Assembly: GCF_025526975.1 (NCBI RefSeq)
Contig: NW_026515672.1
Span: forward strand, 1,116,001 to 1,180,000
Source of the DNA: Fimicolochytrium jonesii
Lineage: Eukaryota
DNA: 64,000 nt
Reading direction: 5' to 3'
Of this stretch, positions 1 to 12,141 are shown piece after piece. The position numbers and the translations under genes were made by a program. The notes beneath the pieces were generated by a model. That model ran no database searches. It saw nothing but the letters and a program-made list of their open reading frames with translations, and was not told the DNA's origin. Position 1 is the stretch's first letter. Each line of letters begins with the position of its first letter.

Positions 1-107
1 AGGGGACCAGTGACACGAGTCGAAGACACGATAACAGACACGGAAAAACTCGACAACACCCAGCCAACCTCCCACGCCCCTGTGATCGCTCAGAGGACCT
101 TGCCGGA

Positions 108-962
108 ATGTGGCTTACAGACACGCAAAGTAAGCGGAGGAGGAGGGAGGGGAGGTGGCTCGGCGGGTGTTCCGTGCCGCGGGAGCACGATCGCCACTGA
201 CTGTCACTCATGGAGGATCCACGCTGACGATTAAATGTTTTTTTTTCGAAATCTGTGTAGAAATCGGGGTGGGGCTGACTGCGTTTGGGATACTGTTCAT
301 GCTGATGGGGGTGATACTGTTCTTTGACGGGGGGCTGTTGGCGATAGGAAATGTGAGTGTCGCCCGGTTGGGATTGCTGTGGACGACAGCATCGAATGCA
401 GGCCGGAGATCACAGGCTGACTTTCTCGACTCTCGATTTTGCCAGATCCTGTTCCTCGGCGGGCTAACACTAGTGATCGGCCTGCAAAAAACGTTCCTGT
501 TCTTTGCGCGGCCGGAGAAGTTGCGGGGCACGCTGTGCTTTTTTGGCGGGATATTGATGGTGTTTTTGAGGTGGCCGGTGATTGGGATGGGGGTGGAGGT
601 TTTTGGGTTTGTTAATTTATTTGGGTAGGTTTTGGGTAGGATGAGAGGGGGGGGGGGGGGGGGGGAGGCTGCTATGGGAGGGAGCAGACGATTCTCTTCT
701 AGAGACGGGATCTTTGAGAGGGTGTTTGCTCTCGGTCACCGATGACCGTACTCACATGTTTCCCTTCACCCTGAATAGGGACTTTTTCCCCGTTGTCATT
801 GGCTTCCTACGGAAAATGCCCGTCATCGGCACACTGCTCAACACACCAGGGATATCACACGTACGGCTAGCCAGATTTACACATACCCCTGTCGTTCATG
901 CTAACCCTTTTCCGATCTCGCAGGTCATCGACAAAATCATGGGCTCGAAACTGCCCGTCTAG
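108..962 (+). CDS. GOT1: Vesicle transport protein Got1 (5 exons: 108-129, 261-352, 446-624, 779-860, 924-962)
   Basis: Spliced translation [45 protein letters not shown]...[28 protein letters not shown]...KLPV*. Canonical GT-AG introns keep the frame. Confidence 0.95.
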
Positions 963-1422
963 ACCCTACACCCGCTGCGAACGAGACGGGAGAACGGGAG
1001 AAGGGGGATTTTGCCAAATACTATACATAACATATCTATATCTAATACGCGTCGCTGGGAGTTCCGGCCATTTGGGAGGAGGAGGGAGATTAGAGCGAGA
1101 TTTGGTTTCGCAATATACCTCATCAATGCATAGATATCGTTGGTGGTTGGTCGATTGCTCATGTTGGGTCTGCGGCCTTGTGCTGGGGAGCATGAGAACA
1201 CGCTTTGTGTGGTCTTTGCGAATTTCCAGTCGTTTCTGGACGTGGACTGCGGTCTCATCTGGACGCGTGCGGCTTTCCAACTGCCCGCTTTCTCTCGTTT
1301 TCCATCACTCCATGTGGGCATAAGAGCACGCTCCCCGTCAAACGGAACTTGCACTGAGAGTATCATATACCACTGCCCACTCACTCCCTTCCGCTACTCC
1401 TTCCCAGCTAACAAAACGCACA

Positions 1423-3236
1423 ATGCCAGTCGGTAAGTGTGTGGTTAGCTCCCGCGGTGTGCATTTCCCGACGACGCGCAGAGGACGATGATGGAGCCAA
1501 GCCAATGAACACTGTGCAGTCCAATTCCATATCAACTAATCTCGCTATTTCTCTTGCCTTCCGGGAAGACTACAGCAAATGGGACAAGCTAGAGCTCAGC
1601 GACGACGAGGACTTTGAATGCCAGTATGTATAGAACCAGAGGCCAGTATATTTCAACACATGTGCACACTGCACTCACAAATCACACCGTCACAGCCCGA
1701 ACGTCGACAAAGCCTCCATGGTCCGCTGGCGCCAAGCGGACATCCACCGCAAACGCCGCGAACGCAAAGACAAACTCCAAGCCCTCGCAGAAGAATCCAC
1801 CACCACACGCAAAGCCATCACCGCGCTCACCCAGATCACCCGCCTGCCGCCCTCAACGAACCCCGCAGCTCTCACACCGGCCATCACGCTGTTGAATGCG
1901 GATTTCCAGAAATGGGAGCAGGAGTTGAGGGAGAGTTACTTGAAGGCGATGATGAGGGAGAGGGATGCCAGGTGGGGTGCGCCGGAGCCGGATGCGTTTG
2001 TGCAGGGGAGGGTGCCGTATGGGACGTACACTGAGGGGATCCTTGCCGCACTGAATCCGACTCCGGAGGCGAGAGGGGAGAGGGATACAGCAGATGTCAA
2101 GGCGGCGTTGGAGAAGAGCGTGGATGAAGCTATTCGTAAACTGGAAACGCGGCAGAGGGAGTTGGACGCGGAGGTGCAGCGGGAAGAAGCAGAAGCCAAG
2201 AAGAAATTGACCACGGACGACCTGAAAGAAGGGTTCAACAAAACGATCGTCTCCAAACCCGCCGCTGCACCGCCATCGACAACAAAAACATCTCAGAAAA
2301 CAATCGAAACTATCCACACCCCATCCATCGCCACCACCTCGGCCACCGCCGCCCCCGCCGCGGGCGCAACCCAACCCACCGAGGAAGAAGACGACGACGA
2401 AGCCGACCACATCACCTTCCCCCCCGCACAACTCTTCGCCGACGCCCTCAACCTCGATCAATCCTTTGGCATCATCTCCGCCCACCCTGCCCTCGTCTCA
2501 CAACGGTACTCGGACATGATCCTGGCGGAGGGGTTCAGGATGGAGATGGCGCGGAAGCCGAAGGAAGCGAAACGATGCGTGCATCAGGCGTTGCTTTTGC
2601 AGTATTGTAGTTTGTTGGGGAAGGATGGGGTCAATCTTTTCTTCGCGAGGTGGGTGTTTGGGGTGTTTTGCCCCCGTCCCCAGTTTTTCGTCCCAACTCG
2701 TTTTCTGCTCACTGTGAATTTCCTCCCTAGACTCCGCTCATCCCAACCCTCCGCAACAGCCATGTTCCTCAAAGACGTCAACGAGACCTACACCCGCATC
2801 CAAACCCGCGTCCGCACCCTCCACGCCGAACAGGCCCAGCAAGAAGCCGCCGAACGCGCCGCCCTGCAACAACGACTGGAGGCGTGTACGTTACCCGATG
2901 GGTCGTATGCGTTACCGGTGGGCGAGGAGGCGGATGAGAAGGAACGGCGGAGGGCGGAGGTTTTTGCGGGGTTGGAGAGGGCGTTTCAACGTGAGTCACT
3001 GTGCTTTTCTCTGAGATTGTTTGGGGGGAGATGGGGGTATTGATTGGATGTGATCTGTTTTTTTTTTTTATTTAGGTGCGTTGTTGTTATCGGATGTGGA
3101 TGAAATCAACGCGCACCTCGCGTCGTTGTCCAAGACGGAGGGGGAGGAGTTGGTGAGGAGGTGTAGCGAGGTTGGGTTGTTGGATTTGGAGATTGAGGGC
3201 GGGGATGGGGATGGGGGGGAGGAGGAGGATGCGTGA
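1423..3236 (+). CDS. CDC37: Hsp90 co-chaperone Cdc37 (5 exons)
   Basis: Spliced N-terminus [39 protein letters not shown] is the Cdc37 signature. The middle domain reads CVHQALLLQYC...DGVNLFF. The last exon ends at TGA 3236. Confidence 0.95.
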
Positions 3237-3475
3237 TCTCTTGGTTGCTCAGATGGATGCGCTTTTCCTGTGTATCATCGTCCTTAGTAGATCAATGGCA
3301 AAAGATCGGGCTTTTTTTGCTTGCTTGTTCAATAGAGTTTTGTGGATAGTTCACTCAATTCATATCCCGCAGCAAAGACGTGAAATGTCCATGATACCCG
3401 GCTGCACGCAGCAAGTCGACGAAAACAACTTACCGTCATTTCCCAGGTCAATTCCGGCTTGCTGTCAGTCCTCCG

Positions 3476-3526
3476 TCACGTGACCACCATTTTCTCTTCG
3501 CAACGTTCTTCGACTATAAAAAGGGG
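3476..3526 (+). promoter_or_regulatory. Putative promoter of snoRNA host gene 1: E-box (GTCACGTGAC) + TATA box
   Basis: CACGTG at 3477-3482 and TATAAAAAGGGG at 3515-3526, about 90 nt upstream of the first splice donor (3612). Confidence 0.6.
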
Positions 3527-3670
3527 GAGCGGCAGTGTTCCCCACGCCCATCGCCACTTTCCATCGCAACCTGGACTCAGGAACGACATCTCCCTCCCTC
3601 CTCTCAGCAAGGTAAGCACACTCCCACGTCCCACGGCCCGACTACTAGACAGCAGTATAGCAAAGCCGAG

Positions 3671-3748
3671 TTGATGAGATAAAAAATACAATCATAACTT
3701 TCGTTCTTCCGAACGTATTTTTTACGTGTGGAAACAATTGATTTCTGA
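3671..3748 (+). ncRNA. Box C/D snoRNA, snR54/SNORD59-like (18S Am, yeast A974 equivalent)
   Basis: Box C TTGATGA 3671-3677. The 14-nt guide TAACTTTCGTTCTT (3695-3708) is complementary to conserved SSU AAGAACGAAAGUUA. D' CCGA 3709-3712, D CTGA 3745-3748. Confidence 0.88.
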
Positions 3749-4047
3749 TCGAACAATACCCTTTCCCGGCTGGTGTGCGGGGTGACGGGGGATGGATAGG
3801 GGGAACGGTTCGTTAGAGGTTGACTCGGTGAAGCCGGTTCTAACGACATATTTGCCCTTTCTGTTTCCAGGTTTGATTGCCCCTTTCACGACAGGACAAC
3901 GACCGGTTACCGAGGGGACCCGAAGGCGACGGTTTCACTCACACTAGCCGTTCAAACCCTTCCATGAAGGCAGAGCACTAGCGTCAGTGATCATCGTCTT
4001 CGCTCCGTTTGCTACACCATTAAAGGTGGGACCGATAACAGATGACA

Positions 4048-4120
4048 ATGATGAAAACAACCTCAGACCTGTTCTGAAATAGAATGAGGACAAAACCTAA
4101 ATTGCCAAATTGTTATCTGA
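4048..4120 (+). ncRNA. Box C/D snoRNA, snR56/SNORD25-like (18S Gm, yeast G1428 equivalent)
   Basis: Box C ATGATGA 4048-4054. Guide CAGACCTGTT (4064-4073) is complementary to SSU AACAGGUCUG. D' CTGA 4074, C' ATGAGGA, D CTGA 4117-4120. 11-bp flanking stem CCGATAACAGA (4032-4042) / TCTGTTATCGG (4126-4136). Confidence 0.88.
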
Positions 4121-4316
4121 GCATTTCTGTTATCGGCTTCCCATTCATCTTGGGTGCTCGAATGGTGTCGTTTGAACCGCCCTCTTTCTCGGGCTCCACT
4201 GCGCTCGCACATTGCAGCACATGCCCGTAAGACTGCCGTTCATCCGACCTTCCATCGTCGCCCCATCTACACCAACGAAAACGATGTTGATATTATCTTA
4301 CCCCATGTCTTTGATG

Positions 4317-4395
4317 ATGATGAACGAATTTCGTCAATGGGAATCTCTCCGAAAATTCCGTGTGGAGAGAACGATATCTTTATGATAGTTTCTGA
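4317..4395 (+). ncRNA. Box C/D snoRNA, SNORD79-like (LSU Am in GAG[A]UUCCCA)
   Basis: Box C ATGATGA 4317-4323. Guide TGGGAATCTC (4338-4347) is complementary to LSU GAGAUUCCCA. D' CCGA 4349-4352, D CTGA 4392-4395. Flanking stem CCCCATGTCTTTGAT / ATCAAAGAATATGAGGGG. Confidence 0.85.
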
Positions 4396-4614
4396 ATCAA
4401 AGAATATGAGGGGCGAGAAATGTGATGTTGTGATTTGAGAACAACGAGAGTTTTCCATATCGGCGGGAGAGCCGTTGATGTTCCCTTTGATGCAATACCC
4501 GCAGGTCTTGGGATAACGAAAGAAAAGGGCGAGAGCCCACGGCCTATCATAAATCACATCGAAATCCCAAAAAAAAACGATCTACCGCCATGAGTATTCA
4601 GGCTATGGTCGCCA

Positions 4615-7600
4615 TCACCCATCTCCATCATTCCCACCCATCCCCCCAAGCTGAAGCACCCTCCGCAACCCCTCAACCCTCCCCAACAACTCTCTATCCA
4701 TCACCCCCCTCAACACGCTCGTGACAAGCTCGGATTCCAGTCGTCTCAGTTCCACTAGGTCCATCAGTTCTGTGACCGGGTCTCCTGCTGGGTGTAATTG
4801 TTGTTGTGAAAGTGGTGGGATAGGAGATGAAGCCGCCGGCGGGGATGTATTCTGATTTGGTGGGTCGAGATGCGGGTGTTCGGGTGGAGTGGGCGCTGGG
4901 GGGTATGTGCGATGAGGATGATGCGCGGCGAGGTATGTGGTGTGTTGTGAGGTGCTCGGGTTGTCGTCGGTGGCGAAGACGGAGTGAGGATGCTGCTGCA
5001 TATCGGATTTGTCGCCGCCGCCGCCGCTCACCGCTGATGACAGAAAGCGAGCGTGATCAATACTGTGGAATTGAAGATGAGACGCCAGGGTTGGTCCGGA
5101 TGTCGGGAATTGCACCAACGTCTCTAATCCGGGTATGAAGGGTGATACCCGGAACGCATTCGCTGATGATTGATGGTGTGTCGAATACACGTCCGTTGCT
5201 GTCCGGTGTCCAACATCGTAAAGGGGAACCTGAGCCGGAACCGCCGTCCGAGCCGGCGATGTTCTCAACCCCCCCACCTCCCCACTTGTGGACTGTTGCT
5301 TTGCTGTAAGTGGTGCCCGACTCTCGGCGTATACGTGCAATCCACCTCGTTGCTCCGCGAACAGAAAATCAGGCGCTCGAGGGGGGAGTCGTGCGAACTT
5401 CTTTACCGGTGCGCGTGGGGGTGGGTTTGCGATGATGGTTGCTGGATGGTTGGTTCGGGCGATCGAGGGTTCAGCGAGAGTGCTATGGCATGCAGAGATG
5501 CGGACGTGTGGTGTAGTTGCGGGGATGTGCGAGAAGGCAGGGACCGATATCGTTGCACTGGCAACTCCTTTCCGCATCGTTGCGTCCAAAAACGTCGTCG
5601 GTCCGCCTCGGTTCGTCAACTGTGCGACATCCGAATTCCCCTTCATGGCTCGTGCCGCAACAGTCCGCGCCTTCCATATCCTCACACACTTCCGTACATT
5701 CCTGCTTACACGATCCTCACTCCCTTCCAGCACCCCTCCCCTCTCCCTCACCCAACTCACACCATCACCTCCTGCAACCAACCCCTTTTCCACCCTAATC
5801 CCATCCGCAACCCTCAACCACTGCCCCACAACCTCCCTCAGAACCCTCTCCGCCTTCCACCCCATCGCATCCCTAATCCTCTCCCTCTGCACCCGTTTGT
5901 CACGCACATAAGCAGCCCACCCTTTTATGACCTTGTATGAGAGTTTGCTGGCATAGTGGGCGAGAGGTTGCAGGACGCGCGCGGCGTGGAGGGCTTTGTA
6001 GGAGGGGCGGAGAGTGTGCCAGTGGTGGAAGGTGCGGGTAAGGAGGGAGTGGGTGCGGAAGGCGAGCGTGCGTTTTGTGGTTTTCTGTGGGGTGTGGCGA
6101 TTCGGGAGTGAGTATGATAGATGAGAAAAAGGGTTGCATGAGTGTATCAACATACCCGCACCCACTTGCGATGCCACCGCGCACACCGCCACAACGCAAA
6201 CGTCTTGCCCAGCTGCACCCGGACGAAGAAATCGTCTGCGCGGGCTTCCAGGGTGCGTTTGTATTGCCGTATCCGCAGTGTGAGGATCCATTTCTTCATT
6301 GTTGATCGTAGTTTTGCTGGTTTGGGATACGCGGGAAGAATGATAAGTGTTGTGAATTGGTAGCGCATAATTCTCGACGCGAGAGTGCATACCTCTTGAT
6401 AACACGACAGCTGCCTCCGCGAGACTTTTCTCTCTCTCCAGTCTCTTTTTCCGTCTCGTGTCGGTGACATATTTCCAAGCTTCCGTAACCTAAAACCAAT
6501 TAGCAAAATAAACCATCACCACCGCAAATTCCCGCAGCTCCCCTCCCACCCCCCGCCCCCACCACCTTACCGTCTTCAAAACCCCCCTATCCCTCCACGC
6601 CGCAACGTTCGCAAGCTGCTTCGCATCCTCGCGCTCATCGCGCATCCGATCTCTCCAAAACACAAACACGCTGCGTATGAACTCGCCGTTGTGGCGCATG
6701 CCGAAGTCGACGAGGACGTGGCGGAAAGATGTTCGGGCTGTTCCAAAGTTCTGTTTGCGAGAAATTTTCATGCGTAAGCTCTTGCGGTTTCTCGGAGAGT
6801 ACGACTAACGATGAATCGAGATTGCTGCATTGGAGATGAGATGCAGGAAAACCCACCTTCCAACTCATAAGATACTTCTTCATCTGCATCCTCTCCGCAT
6901 GCGCAACCGAAATCCGCCATTTGACCCTCGCCTCATGTATCTCCCTTACATTCTACACCCACGAGACCCCCCAATCAGCTTCACACATCCCATAATATCT
7001 CCTCCAAACCCTCGCCGACGTACCATTTCCCATTTTCGCCAAGCAGCACGAAGTGAGTGGATATAAGCGTACCGCACAGCAGTTTGCCACCTGTTGACTC
7101 TTTCCATCGCTTGTTCGGTGTAGGATGCCCATGCGCGGAGGACGCGAAGGGCGATGAGGCGGTTATTGGCTTCTATAGCTAATTTCTGGATACAGAGAAC
7201 TATTGATTAGTGCCGAGTTGATTGAGGAGAGACGGTAGATGAGCTTACGAGGTGTGCGCGACCCGTTATCCGAGCCTCTGCATTCATTCGCAAGGCTTGC
7301 AGCACGCGGCGAAGGAGGAGGTGTTCATGGAGTGCGGCACCCTGCACATATGATTCGCGTTAGCATGTATGCCGCCAAGATTGTTCGCAGCAACATAAAC
7401 GCCCACTAACCGTCATGGCCGCCTCACGTTTCTGTGCATGCTCTTGCTTGGCGTTGATCCAAGCCGCCCATGTAACACGTGTGAGAGCAGCCGCATACAT
7501 CCGCTCCGCTAGTCCCCAACGCTCTCGACGTTGTACAGCGGCAGTATAGTGTGCTATCCATGTTTGCAAGGCGGTTCGGCTAATTCCAAGGATCCTTGAT

Positions 7601-9448
7601 CGTTGGACATCTTGGCGTCGACTCTGCAGGGATCCGATGTTGAGCTCAAAAGGGCCAACGGCAGAGCCGATCAAAGGTTAGCGCAAAGGACCCTTACCCG
7701 CACATCCCTGTTCCGCAGCACGACGGCAAACCACCCCCTGATCATTCGTTTACTGACAGCTCGGCTGTGGAATGCGACTCCTGTTTCGAGTTCGCGTTGC
7801 TCGCGTTGATGAACTCGCTCGCAGAAGCGTGCTTTCCATCTTCGCCAGTTTCCCACCAGACTCTTTCGTATGTATCGATGGTTCGCGGTCGTGCGTTGTT
7901 TTAGCATATGCTGTAGTGTGCCGATGGTTTTGGTCTACCGCCTTTCATCAGATTGGTCTCTCCAAAACATCTGTAAATGGGGAGGCTAAGCACGCATACC
8001 TGCATTACTCGCTTGTGCCTCTCGTCCGCGATCCTACAGGCATCCTTCTGCAGTGCATTCCGTCTCACATCTGTGCAACAGCGTGAATAACAAACGGTCT
8101 CACCAAACCCCACGGGCGGGGCGCGCAGGCCAATGAAGACCCATACTCACATGCCCTCCAAGCCTCCACAACCCTCCTTATCACATATACCTCCCTATAC
8201 CTCTCTGCAACGCCTCTTAACGCCTCCATCCCCATCTGATGCTGATGCCTTAATCTCCATAACTGCAATGCAGAGGTCGCGAGGTGGCGGTTGTAAAACA
8301 CCATGGCCTTTTCTTTGACGGGGCCCCGAGATCAGTAACTCCGACATGTCATAGATTCTTGATACGTGTGCTTACTCACCGTTCATGAATCGTTTACGCT
8401 GGCATTGGTCGGTGAAGGTCTTCCAAGATCGGATCAGGGATGAAGATGTATGTGCGGCATGCCATCTCTCGGCCCGCTCATACTGCGCACGTTCATCCCA
8501 CACCGATGCTGCTCTCCCAACCCATCGTAAAAAACAACCGCGGGCGAGGCGCTGCTCGTACGCTCTGTTTGCGTCTTCCGATGCGGCGATTTCGGCCCGG
8601 CGATGCTCCAACTTAGCGCGCCAGGTTGCGACGGTGCGCTTTAGGGTGGAGTGCACGGATAGTTGGGTCGCGCAGTCGTCGAGGCTCTGGAGTGTCCGGA
8701 TGAAGGAGAGCCGTCTCGACCATTGGTTCCATATCCGGTGGGTGCATCTGTTTCGCGCTGTGGTGGACTGAGATGGTCAGATCTCTCTCCCTTGCTATGG
8801 CTATAAAGCACATCCGGCTTACCAAACTCCTTGGCCCTCTCCATCCGCGCCATCTTTGCCCGTCGCATCTTCATATACACCCTATTCCAGGCATTAATCT
8901 TAAACACTCTCCCAAATCGCCCGACGCAAAAACCCCGATCAACCATACCTCCACCCCCGCCACGTCCGATTAACCTCGCCATAGTTCCAATGCACGTCTG
9001 CCTTGACTTGCATCCTCCAAAGCCTACGCCGCGTCACATACGCCTGCCGCCAGGCACGGAAAGCTCGTCTCGACACTCCGGCGGCCCAGTGGTCGCGAGC
9101 TGTTTTCGCAGATCGTGCGCGGGATACCAAAGTCTTCCAACGCACTACGGCTGCACGAGCTACCTCCTCTTCCCGCTGTGATAGTGTCGGCCCTGCCTTT
9201 GTTGTGGTGGAGGGTTGCTGATTGCTAGTTGGTTTTGACATGGCTATTGGCAAGCGGGACGCCGGGACGTCTTTTTTCGCAGGGATTGTGACGCTTCGCA
9301 TATGGATGCCCGCCAGCGGGTTTGAGACTCGTCGCTGTGGAAGCTTCCACAGATGGTGGCCGGGCAGCTGTTTGTTTAGGAACCGCGCTAAGAGTTCTGC
9401 AGCCTCATTTCTTGTATCGAGGATGTCGTCTGCCTCTGCTGTGATCAT
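4615..9448 (-). CDS. SFI1: SFI1-like centrin-binding repeat protein (multi-exon, about 9-10 exons; start uncertain)
   Basis: Successive minus-strand exons carry Sfi1-type Arg-rich repeats ending in Trp (RRAFRAWRQ, KRTVATWRA, RGCFLRWV, SLIRSWKTF, TRTFHHWH, YKVIKGWAA, REVVGQWL), followed by a low-complexity C-terminus. Confidence 0.75.
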
Positions 9449-10461
9449 CTTGGTGGCAGCTGGGAAAATTCCTCCATTTCGGGAATGGACGCGTCCTTAG
9501 GCGCAGGGATGGAGTGCAGAAAGGGAAGTGGAGGGCATTAGAGTCAACGAGTCGATGGGACGCAGGAACTTTGAAGTTGAAGTGTGAACGCTCGAAGCAT
9601 CATGCCGTCTTCAACTGCTTGGACTTCTCACCACAGCCAGGACATGGGTCATTCTAACTTCGTGGCCATTTCCTACGCATTTTTCTGGACAGACGACGGC
9701 ATAGATGCCACCAGCAGAGTTATAACGGCGACGACCAGCAAGTTCAGCAAAAACAGCTGGATCCATCTTCCGTAGAATTGCACATCCCTTACGAAACAAG
9801 AAAAATACCAGAATATGGCTTCCCTGGGTGATGTTGATAAACGACATTTTTTCTGATTCGAGTAAACCAACGACCTTATGAGAAGTTCCTTTTTCGCAGA
9901 GCAAACGTATTGCTCCACTTATTTTCTGTTGGCCTTCTTTTTGACTCGAGAGGACGTGCTTTGCGTGCCCCGCGAGCTTCGATAGGGCCGTGTATGTATT
10001 TAGCAGGTGTGGGACTCAAACTTGCCCTCGGCCAATTGTCTGACTCTACGGAACTGACTGCGATGAACGAAGATGAGAACGACGGATAATCTCATGCTTC
10101 CTCGTTGATGGCAATAGAATCGATTCCCAGTGGGTCACAAGTACAGGCGACCGATGGCGAGGATGTTGAAGCGGACATGAGGAAAGCTGGCGCCTTTTTA
10201 TGCGTTTTCCAGCAGTCGCTTTTCTTCTTGAACGGTGGCGCAGCAGCGCGTCGGAAGTGGCTTGTGCGAAACCCGTCAGTGGGCGTCAACACCTCTACCA
10301 TGCCTCGACTACTGAAAGCCCGCCAGAACAATATAGATTACAATAATAAAAACATGTCGAGATTCTTGCGGAGATTGATGCCAGACGTATGTATACAAGG
10401 AACGGAAGATACCTACAATCTCACACCACTTATCCTCCACACGTGTATACGCCGTCAAATC

Positions 10462-12141
10462 TCATCCAACCACGGCGCCATCCAAGCTGCGGTTGGGACA
10501 CAAAGGGTTGGTATACTCCACATAAGTGAATCCACATAAGGACTCCAGGTCTTGATACCACATCTGGATCCTGTCGTGAGTAGCTGAGAAGCCGCGGAGA
10601 AATAGTTCCTCTCGGAAATGGTGGGAGGAGGAGACATCGAGGATGTCTATGTATCGCAATCCCTTGTCGCAGATTAGGTACATTCGCACGAGAGTCTGAC
10701 TGGCAATGAAAAGATACGCATCCTCGACCACGGTCATGCTGAAAATGGGACATTCCAAGTATACTTCCCTAGGCTTGATGATCACAATTGGGAAGAGCAA
10801 TACCTGCACCGTGGTGCCGTGACGGGTGTCGAGAACGCGAACGCGGCCGGCGTGATCGTGGTAAGTTATGCCCGGGATGAAGATGAAGTGGCCCGAGCTA
10901 CAGGGGCGGGGTTGTTCCAATCCTTCAAAAGCGAGATAGGCGTCCGCATCAAGTTCTTTGGGAATCTCCGCACCGTCACTTGCCCATAGAATCTGTCGAG
11001 CTGTCTTGCAGATGCATGTTGCAAGAGTGCGCGTTTGCGGGGGATCAGCCGTCGTTTGGAAGAGAACAGCGAGAGATTCAGTGTCCAATAGACTGTAGAT
11101 TTTTCCGTACTCGGGAGAAGTCAGTGGTCGCCCTTGCGCATGAACAGCCCCGAATTTGTCGTCTCCGGCATCGATAAGCAGGAACTGAGGGAAGGGCCCA
11201 CCGATGAGCACTCCAAATTCACCAAACGATGACCAAGAGCATATGCGCTCGGCAGCGTGACCGACGCTTATCTCCCGTTTCCAAAAACCAGTGCGAATGT
11301 CGAGGAGGCGTAGATCTCCATAGCATTGAGCAAGCAAATGATGTCCGGAAATCGCGATGCTGTCTGTCTCGAGCGGGTCGTCGCGATTCTCCCAAAAGGT
11401 TTTGACGGTCCAAAGATGCTGATAAGGAGCTTGACCATTCCAAACCACGAGCAAGTAAGCATCGGTATACTGATCGAATGAAGATTGATCGTGAAAGCGC
11501 GGACCGTCTAGAAATCCATGGTCTGATATCGGAATCGAAAATCCTTGCCGGTCATAGATAAACACGACAATGTAGTGTTCACTCGAAGAAAAGGCATAAT
11601 CCTGTGGTTCCACGATGAGGCTGCTGCAAAGCGTTATTGGCAGCGCACCTAGCTTGTGCTCCACCAGAGTAAGAGGACCATTTGGTATATGACTAATCAC
11701 TCTCCAGCGGTCAGAGAAAATCTTCAAACTATCTAGGACATGTCGGTATAGGACAGATACATCGCTAGGCACACATACAGGCTGCATTTTCGTCCGCAAT
11801 CCTGTTCGCACTGTCCATTTTCTGAGAAAGAGCGCAAGCACTAAGGCACGCCGGTACCATCGGCATGGGTGGTTGAAGAACGGCAGCTCGTACTGTTCCT
11901 GCAAGCGATCCAACTGCGCCGCAGGGACGGACGATTCAATTTGCGGCATTATCGAAATATCTTCGCACGAGATCCAAGGGATGGTTGAACGCTCGTAAAC
12001 TTTTCGCCAAAGATGTTCGTCGTCTTTGATGAAATTGTTCAAATCCTTGGAAGCGAGACCCAGACGGCGCAGAGATTGTGCGTCGAGAAACTTGGCGACG
12101 ATGGATCTGCATTCCAAGGGCAGCTTCAGGAATAAGGTCAT
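10462..12141 (-). CDS. F-box domain protein (559 aa, intronless), C-terminus possibly a degenerate beta-propeller
   Basis: N-terminal F-box FLKLPLECRSIVAKFLDAQSLRRLGLASKDLNNFIKDDEHLWRKVY, followed by a beta-strand-rich region (LRLLDIRTG, VRVLDTRHG). Confidence 0.8.
   Translation of the reverse strand: MTLFLKLPLECRSIVAKFLDAQSLRRLGLASKDLNNFIKDDEHLWRKVYERSTIPWISCEDISIMPQIESSVPAAQLDRLQEQYELPFFNHPCRWYRRALVLALFLRKWTVRTGLRTKMQPVCVPSDVSVLYRHVLDSLKIFSDRWRVISHIPNGPLTLVEHKLGALPITLCSSLIVEPQDYAFSSSEHYIVVFIYDRQGFSIPISDHGFLDGPRFHDQSSFDQYTDAYLLVVWNGQAPYQHLWTVKTFWENRDDPLETDSIAISGHHLLAQCYGDLRLLDIRTGFWKREISVGHAAERICSWSSFGEFGVLIGGPFPQFLLIDAGDDKFGAVHAQGRPLTSPEYGKIYSLLDTESLAVLFQTTADPPQTRTLATCICKTARQILWASDGAEIPKELDADAYLAFEGLEQPRPCSSGHFIFIPGITYHDHAGRVRVLDTRHGTTVQVLLFPIVIIKPREVYLECPIFSMTVVEDAYLFIASQTLVRMYLICDKGLRYIDILDVSSSHHFREELFLRGFSATHDRIQMWYQDLESLCGFTYVEYTNPLCPNRSLDGAVVG

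Larger units (their letters stand above)
3540..4560 (+). ncRNA. Non-coding snoRNA host gene 1 (ends approximate); predicted introns 3612-3870, 4026-4217, 4227-4504
   Basis: Donors GTAAGC (3612), GTGGGA (4026) and GTAAGA (4227). Acceptors TTCCAG (3870, with CTAAC branch point), TGCAG (4217) and CGCAG (4504). Each intron holds one C/D snoRNA, and the exons have no credible ORF. Confidence 0.65.

Noticed and set aside
646..665. Poly-G run in GOT1 intron 3
   Set aside because: A simple homopolymer of unreliable length with no evidence of function.
9611..9918. Short minus-strand ORFs upstream of SFI1
   Set aside because: They could be SFI1 5' exons, but I could not build a consistent splice model or recognise a family.
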